Assembly (NCBI GenBank): GCA_963730185.1
Contig: CAVSQW010000014.1
Span: forward strand, 32,001-96,000
Length of the DNA stretch: 64,000 nt
DNA from: an uncultured Gemmatimonadales bacterium
Lineage (GTDB): Bacteria; Gemmatimonadota; Gemmatimonadetes; Gemmatimonadales; GWC2-71-9
Direction of reading: 5' to 3'
The position numbers and the translations under genes are program-made. Under the pieces are notes generated by a model. The model did no database searches. It worked only from the letters and a program-made list of their open reading frames with translations, and was not told the origin of the DNA. Below are positions 58,335 through 64,000 of this stretch, one piece after another. Positions within the stretch are counted from its first letter, which is position 1. Every line of letters begins with the position of its first letter.

Positions 58335-58415
58335 CTCGACCCCCGTCGACCGTGGTATGCGACCCGAGAGGGAATTAAGTTGCGGAGACCCTCGTGAGCC
58401 AGACCTAACGCCTCG

Positions 58416-60135
58416 ATGACCGAATCCGCCCCGCCGGAGGTCCACCCCACGCCGCCACCCGGCGCGCCGGGGGGCGTGGGCGGCGGCCTGCCCGACGCGC
58501 GCGTCGGGCTGCCCAGTTTCCAGACGCTGCTCCGCTGGCTCCTGCTCGGGCGGACGGTGCTGGCCGTCACGACGCTGGTGCAGGCGGCGTTGGCCCTCCA
58601 GGCCTCGGAGGAGTTCGCCTTCTTCGCGATCATCACGGTGGTGCTGGCCCTGGCGGTGACTGCCTACGGGGCCTACACCGTGTTCGTCCGCCGGATTCGG
58701 CCGGGCCTGGGCTTCCTCCAGAGCCAGGCGGCGATGGACCTGCTGCTGGTCACTGCGTTGGTTCATTTCGCCGGCGCGCACCAGAGTGGCTGGGCCGCGC
58801 TCTACGTGCTGGTCATCGCGATGTATGCGCTCCTGATGCCGCTCCGTTCGGGGCTGGTCATGGCGCTCTTCGGCGCGACCCTCTTCCTGGCCGACGCCAC
58901 GTTCGCCCAGCCCACCCGCCCGCCGGCGGCCGGGCTCTGGGGCCAGGTGGCGGTCTTCACCATCGTTTTCGTGGTCGTGGCCTTTCTGGGGCAGCGACTC
59001 CGGGCCGCGGCGGCCGAGCAGTCGCAGCTCGAGACCGAGCTGGAGCAGGTCCGGCTCGAAGCGGACGAGATTCTCCGGAACATCCGTTCCGGCGTCATGA
59101 CGGTCGACGGGCGAGGCAACCTGGCCTTCATCAATCCGACGGCCGAGCAGTTGCTGGGCCTCAGCGCCGACCAGCTGGGCGAGCCGATCATGGCCGACCT
59201 GGCGCGGCGGGCCCCCGAGCTGCACGGGGCGGTCCAGGTGGCGGATCCAGCGCCGCCGCCGGCTGGCCCGGGCCGAGGGGCGGGTGATCCGCCCCGACGG
59301 GCGCTCCTTTCCGATCGGCCTGAGCACCACGACCTTCGAGCGGGAAGCGGAGCCGTTGCCGTCGGTCACGGCGATCTTCACCGACATCTCCGACCTCCAG
59401 CATCTCCAGGAGCTGCACCTCCGGGCCGAGCGCCTCGAGGCGGTCGCCGCGCTCTCCGCCTCGCTCGCGCACGAGATCCGGAATCCGTTGGCGTCGATCC
59501 GAAGCGCGGTGGAGCAGCTGACCCGGTCGTCGAGCGCCGACGCCGACGAGCGGCTCCTGGGGGAGCTGGTGCTCCGGGAGAGCGATCGGCTGAGCCGGCT
59601 GCTGGGCGAGTTTCTGGACTTCGCCCGGGTGCGGGCGAACAAGTTCCAGGTGGTGAATGTGCGGGGCATCGTCGACGACGCGGCCCGCCTGGTCCGCGAG
59701 CATCCCGACTGCGCCCCCGGGGTCCGGGTCACCGTGGAGGGGGAGCCGCTCCTGATCCAGGGCGACGAGGACCTGCTCCACCGGGTGGTGTGGAACCTGA
59801 TGCTGAACGCCGCCCAGGCGCTGAAGCCGAAGGGGAACATCCGGGTGGTCGTGGACCAGCCCAACGCGGCCGACTTGCCCCGAGGCGCGGAATTCGACCC
59901 GGCCGTCCGGCTCCGGGTCATCGACGACGGTCCCGGGATCGACCCGGACCTGCGGGAGCGCCTGTTCCAGCCCTTTGTGTCGGGGCGCTCGGGGGGAAGC
60001 GGCTTGGGTCTTGCAATCGTCCAGCGCGCGGTCGAGGCGCATCGAGGGCTGGTGCTCGTCGACTCTGCCCCGGGGCGGGGGACTACATTTACCATTCTGC
60101 TCCACGCGAAGGCTCCGACGGAGGACGCCGCATGA
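58416..60135 (+). CDS. pilS: PilS-like PAS sensor histidine kinase (frameshift near 59243)
   Basis: N-terminal TM bundle, PAS (IL.NI.SG..TVD..G...F.N), AHEIRNPL.SI, NL..NA.QA, DDGPGI, F.PF, GSGLGL. Confidence 0.8.
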
Positions 60136-61511
60136 CCCAACAACCCTCGATTCTCATCGTCGACGACGAGTCGGGGATTCTGGACACGCTGCGAATTCTG
60201 CTGCGCAAGGAGGGCTTCGAGGTCACCACCGCCCAGGGCGGGAAGGCCGGCCTCGAACAGATCCGCTCGGGCAATCACGACATCGTGCTCACCGACGTCC
60301 GGATGCCGCAGGTCAGCGGGCTCGACATCCTGCAAGCCGCCAAGGACCAGGATTCGATGACCCCGGTGATCCTGATGACGGCTCAGGCCTCGCTGCAGAC
60401 GGCCGTGGCCGCGGTGAACGCCGGCGCCTTCTACTACGTCCAGAAGCCCTTCTCCAACGACGAGCTGCTGGTGATCCTGCGCCGGGCCTGCGAGTACCGG
60501 CAGATCCGGGTCGAGAACCGGCTCCTCAAGCAGGACATCCGGCGCCGAAGCGACCGGCCCACCGTCTCCCGGCCGATCGGCAAGTCGCGCCGGTTCATGG
60601 ACTCGCTCCGGCTGGCGGAGGTGGTGGCCCCGACCGATTCGACGGTCCTGATCCAGGGCGAGAGCGGGACCGGCAAGGAGGTCATTGCCCGGTTCATCCA
60701 CAACTCGTCGACCCGGGCCGATGGGCCCTTCCTCTCCATCAACTGCGGCGCCTTGCCCGAGAACCTCCTCGAGAGCGAGCTCTTCGGCCACGTGAAGGGG
60801 TCCTTTACCGGGGCGGTCCGTGACAAGCAGGGCCTCTTCGCGGCCGCCCGGGGCGGCACCTTCTTCATGGACGAAGTCGGCGAGATGCCGCCCTCGCTCC
60901 AGATCAAGCTCCTCCGCGTCCTTCAGGAGCGCGAGGTGATTCCGGTGGGTGCCACCGAGGCGATCCCGGTGGACGTCCGGATCATCGCCGCTACCAACCG
61001 GGACGTCGAGGAGGAGGTCCGCCGGGGTCATTTCCGGTCGGACCTCTTCTATCGCCTGAACGTGATCGCGCTGGAGCTGCCGCCGCTCCGGGAGCGGCGG
61101 GACGATCTGGTCCTGCTGATCGACGCCTTTCTGGGCGACCTGGCGGCCGAGCGCGAGTCGGCGCCCAAGGCCCTGTCGTCCGAGGCCCTCGACGCGGTGA
61201 TGGTGTACGACTGGCCGGGCAACGTCCGGGAACTCCAGAACGCGCTGGAGCATGCCGTGGTGCTCAGCAAGGCCGACGTGATCGAGCCGGGCGCGCTGCC
61301 CGAGCGGATCACCCGGCGTCGGAAGGAGCCGCTGGTGGCCGAGCGCTCTTCGCCCAACCCGTCGCTGGAGGTGATCGAGCGGGCCTACATCATGTGGGTG
61401 CTCCAGGCCGAGGGCGGCAACAAGACCCGGGCGGCGGAGGTGTTGGGGATCGATCCCTCCACCCTCTATCGGAAGCTGTCCCGCTACGAAGAGCAGGCCG
61501 CGAATGCCTGA
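60132..61511 (+). CDS. pilR: Sigma-54-dependent response regulator (PilR/NtrC family)
   Basis: Receiver (VDDE, D.RMP, KPF), GESGTGKE, SELFGH.KGSFTGA, WPGNVREL, HTH; ATGA overlap with the kinase. Confidence 0.85.
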   Translation: MTQQPSILIVDDESGILDTLRILLRKEGFEVTTAQGGKAGLEQIRSGNHDIVLTDVRMPQVSGLDILQAAKDQDSMTPVILMTAQASLQTAVAAVNAGAFYYVQKPFSNDELLVILRRACEYRQIRVENRLLKQDIRRRSDRPTVSRPIGKSRRFMDSLRLAEVVAPTDSTVLIQGESGTGKEVIARFIHNSSTRADGPFLSINCGALPENLLESELFGHVKGSFTGAVRDKQGLFAAARGGTFFMDEVGEMPPSLQIKLLRVLQEREVIPVGATEAIPVDVRIIAATNRDVEEEVRRGHFRSDLFYRLNVIALELPPLRERRDDLVLLIDAFLGDLAAERESAPKALSSEALDAVMVYDWPGNVRELQNALEHAVVLSKADVIEPGALPERITRRRKEPLVAERSSPNPSLEVIERAYIMWVLQAEGGNKTRAAEVLGIDPSTLYRKLSRYEEQAANA

Positions 61512-62229
61512 GTCGGTGGTCCCGGGCGACGCGGCCGGCGCCGAGACCCTGGAGATCATGGCCGCGGCGCCCAGGTTCAACGCCTGGATGTACGCGACCG
61601 TGGCACCCTACCTGGGCCGGCGGGTCCTGGAAGTCGGCTCAGGGATCGGCAACATGTCGGCCCACATTCTCGGGGCCGACCCCGAGCAGCTGGTGCTCAC
61701 CGATACCGACGCCTGGTATCGCGACCAGCTCCGCCAACGTTTCGAGGGGCGGGCCGAGGTCCGGGTCGATCATCTGACTCTGCCCGATCCGACGGCCCGC
61801 GCTCGGTTCGCCGACGACCGGATCGACACCATCATCGCCCTCAACGTGGTGGAGCACATCGAGCAGGACGTGGCCGCCCTTCGGACCATGCGCGAGGTGC
61901 TGGTCGACGGCGGACGGATCGTGATCCTGGTCCCGGCGCTCCAGGCCCTCTACGGCGAGATGGACCGCGAGCTGGGCCACTTCCGGCGCTACAGTCGGCG
62001 GAGCTTGACCGACACCTTCGCCCAGGCCGGGTTCCGGGTGGATCGGATGACCTGGTTCAACCGGGCCGGCGTGCCCGGCTGGTGGTTCAACGGCCGGGTC
62101 CGCAAGGTCAAGCGGATCCCGGTCGACCAGCTCCGGACCTTCGACGCCCTGGTGCCGCTTTTTCGGATCGAGCGCTTCCTGCCTCTTCCCTTCGGACAGT
62201 CTCTCATCGCGGTGGGCTCCCCGGCATGA
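61504..62229 (+). CDS. Class I SAM-dependent methyltransferase
   Basis: [20 protein letters not shown]...LY..MD...GH.RRY. Confidence 0.88.
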   Translation: MPESVVPGDAAGAETLEIMAAAPRFNAWMYATVAPYLGRRVLEVGSGIGNMSAHILGADPEQLVLTDTDAWYRDQLRQRFEGRAEVRVDHLTLPDPTARARFADDRIDTIIALNVVEHIEQDVAALRTMREVLVDGGRIVILVPALQALYGEMDRELGHFRRYSRRSLTDTFAQAGFRVDRMTWFNRAGVPGWWFNGRVRKVKRIPVDQLRTFDALVPLFRIERFLPLPFGQSLIAVGSPA

Positions 62230-62942
62230 TCGATCTGCCCAAGCTGAGCGTCATCGTCCCGGTCTACAACGAGAAGGCCACCCTCCGAGCGGTGATCGAC
62301 CAGCTGCACGCCGTGCCGCTCCCGATGGAGATCATCGCGGTCAACGACCGGTCCACCGACGGCAGCGACGCCATCCTCGACGAGCTCAAGGAGCAGGGCT
62401 TGGTCGACGTCCTGATCCACCAGCCGGTGAACCGCGGGAAGGGGTGCGCCATCCGGACCGGCATCGCCGCCGCCACCGGCGACGTGGTGGTGATTCAGGA
62501 TGCGGACCTGGAATACGACCCCAACGAGTTCGGCCGGTTGGTGAGTCCGATCATGGAGGGCAAGGCCGACGCGGTGTTCGGCTCTCGGTTCCTGGGCGGC
62601 GACCACCGGGTGCTCTATTTCTGGCACTCGATCGGCAACCGGCTGCTCACCCTGGTCTCCAACATGTTCACGAACGTCAACCTCACGGACATGGAGACCT
62701 GCTACAAGATGGTTCGGGCGCCGATCATGAAGTCGTTGATCCTCACCACCGACCGGTTCGGGTTCGAGCCCGAGCTCACCGCCCGCCTGGCCCAGGCCCG
62801 GGCCCGGATCTGGGAAATCCCGATCTCCTACTCCGGCCGGACCTACGAGGAAGGCAAGAAGATCGGCTGGAAGGACGGGGTGGCGGCGTTCTTCCACATC
62901 GTCCGGTTCAACCTGTTCCCGCCGAAGCGCCCCCGGACCTGA
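62226..62942 (+). CDS. GT2 polyprenol-phosphate glycosyltransferase (DPM1/GtrB-like)
   Basis: [45 protein letters not shown]. Confidence 0.92.
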   Translation: MIDLPKLSVIVPVYNEKATLRAVIDQLHAVPLPMEIIAVNDRSTDGSDAILDELKEQGLVDVLIHQPVNRGKGCAIRTGIAAATGDVVVIQDADLEYDPNEFGRLVSPIMEGKADAVFGSRFLGGDHRVLYFWHSIGNRLLTLVSNMFTNVNLTDMETCYKMVRAPIMKSLILTTDRFGFEPELTARLAQARARIWEIPISYSGRTYEEGKKIGWKDGVAAFFHIVRFNLFPPKRPRT

Positions 62943-62943
62943 G

Positions 62944-64000
62944 ATGGCCCAGGCGACGGGCGTAGGGTCGATCGGCCGGCGCCTGGCGGTCGGCCTGCTG
63001 GTCGTCGTCGGGCTGCTTCCCCTCGCCAACTGGATTCCGGGCGGTCACGAGAGCCCGACCTACCCGTCCGAGCTGAGCGGCTGGCTCTCAGGGACCGCGA
63101 TCGTCGTGGGGGTGGGTCTGGTGCTCGCCCTCGCGTCGCGTCGATTCCCGACGCTCTGGCGGCCCGGCGTGGCGGGCCGCTTGGTGGCCCGGGCCGATCC
63201 GTCCGACGGACGGGCCCTCCTGGTGGTGGCCCTGGTGGCGCTGGCGGCCTACCTGACGGCGGCCTGGCTCACCTTCGACGCCCGGCCGCTTCTGATCGAC
63301 GAGGTGGTCCAGACCCTCCAGGCCCGGATGTACGCGACCGGGCATCTCTGGCGGCCGGAAGGCGCCGACCCGGCATTCCGGAGCATCATGCACATGGTCG
63401 AGCACGACGGCAAAGTGTTCGGCCATTTTCCGCCGGGTGGCCCGCTTTGGCTCATCCCCGGCGTGGCGCTCGGGGCCAGCTGGCTGATGGTGCCGCTGGC
63501 CGGGGCGCTCGCGGTGGTGGCGTTCGGGCTGGTGCTTCGGCGGGTCGAGCCCAGCCCCGCCATTCGGGGTGGCGCGGTGCTTCTGTTCGGGCTGGCGCCG
63601 TTCTCCGTTTTCATGGCCGGCTCGCACATGAACCACACCACCGTCCTGATGTGGCTCCTCTTCTTCGTCGCGGCCCTGGTCCGCCTGATCGACCAGCCCG
63701 GCCGTCCGGCCCTGGCGATCGGCGCGGGGCTGGCCCTCGGGATGGCGGCGATCACCCGGCCGGCCGAAGCGCTGGCCTTTGGCGCGGCCGGCGGGATCTG
63801 GATCCTGAGCCGGGCGGTTCGCCGGCCCCGGGAGTGGACGGCGGCGATCGTGTTGATGGGTCTGGCCGCCCTGGTGCCCGTGGCGGGCATGATGGTGGTG
63901 AACCTGGAGACCACCGGCGGCCTGCTTCGCTCCGGCTACCAGATGCTCTGGGGCGACAACGTGGGACTCGGATTTCATCCGGCGCCCTGGGGTCCACCGC
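62944..64000 (+). CDS. GT-C fold membrane glycosyltransferase (ArnT/PMT-like), 3' partial; absent from the ORF track
   Basis: ATG 62944 opens a frame to the window end: multiple TM, LIDE...QAR motif, FPPG.P, S.M.H, TRP.EA. Confidence 0.75.
   Translation, partial: MAQATGVGSIGRRLAVGLLVVVGLLPLANWIPGGHESPTYPSELSGWLSGTAIVVGVGLVLALASRRFPTLWRPGVAGRLVARADPSDGRALLVVALVALAAYLTAAWLTFDARPLLIDEVVQTLQARMYATGHLWRPEGADPAFRSIMHMVEHDGKVFGHFPPGGPLWLIPGVALGASWLMVPLAGALAVVAFGLVLRRVEPSPAIRGGAVLLFGLAPFSVFMAGSHMNHTTVLMWLLFFVAALVRLIDQPGRPALAIGAGLALGMAAITRPAEALAFGAAGGIWILSRAVRRPREWTAAIVLMGLAALVPVAGMMVVNLETTGGLLRSGYQMLWGDNVGLGFHPAPWGPP

Noticed and set aside
29998..58415. Prophage or integrative element
   Set aside because: No integrase, phage, transposase or att-like repeats recognised
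58416..61511. 1031-aa ORF appearing to fuse a membrane PAS sensor with a sigma-54 regulator
   Set aside because: A single extra base near 59243 shifts the kinase out of frame. The HisKA/HATPase lies in ORF 59284-60135 and the regulator has its own ATG at 60132.
57612..61580. 1322-aa minus-strand ORF and similar long antisense ORFs (778-3540, 21057-23954, 30461-32533, 36081-38129)
   Set aside because: Shadow frames of real genes in high-GC DNA; only the DUF2461 part (57612-58334) looks coding

Overview
Very GC-rich Gram-negative bacterial DNA. The gene content (GWxTD protein, Acidobacteria-type PadR plus duplicated permease, Oar-like TonB receptors, Ig/PKD lipoproteins) suggests Gemmatimonadota, which is an inference. 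The window is gene-dense with about 60 CDS, and I saw no rRNA, tRNA, CRISPR array, integrase or transposase. Many genes carry single-base frameshifts, often in homopolymers (pilB, pilT, pilC, pilS, ADOP permease, mscS, DUF4382), which look like long-read errors. Main blocks: (1) TonB receptor plus DUF4249. (2) A tightly coupled minus-strand 7-gene operon: DUF92, lipoprotein, geranylgeranyl-reductase-family flavoprotein, flavin reductase, methyltransferase, SRPBCC cyclase and a lone FabF-type ketosynthase. It is divergent from a V4R protein and is the best candidate for an uncharacterised aromatic-lipid/polyketide pathway. (3) cyoE, APC permease, Oar-like receptor, lptFG. (4) comEA-pilB-pilT-pilC. 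(5) A mixed region of about 28 kb with PadR/ADOP, a large Ig/PKD surface protein carrying a degenerate papain-like domain, fluC-DUF190, copA-csoR, an LpxQ-like barrel and tsdA. (6) A pilS/pilR-like two-component pair followed by methyltransferase, GT2 and GT-C. Non-coding highlights are recurrent leaderless promoters, paired PadR-like operators, a CsoR-type operator, and an inverted heptamer-repeat element built from telomere-like TAGGG units.
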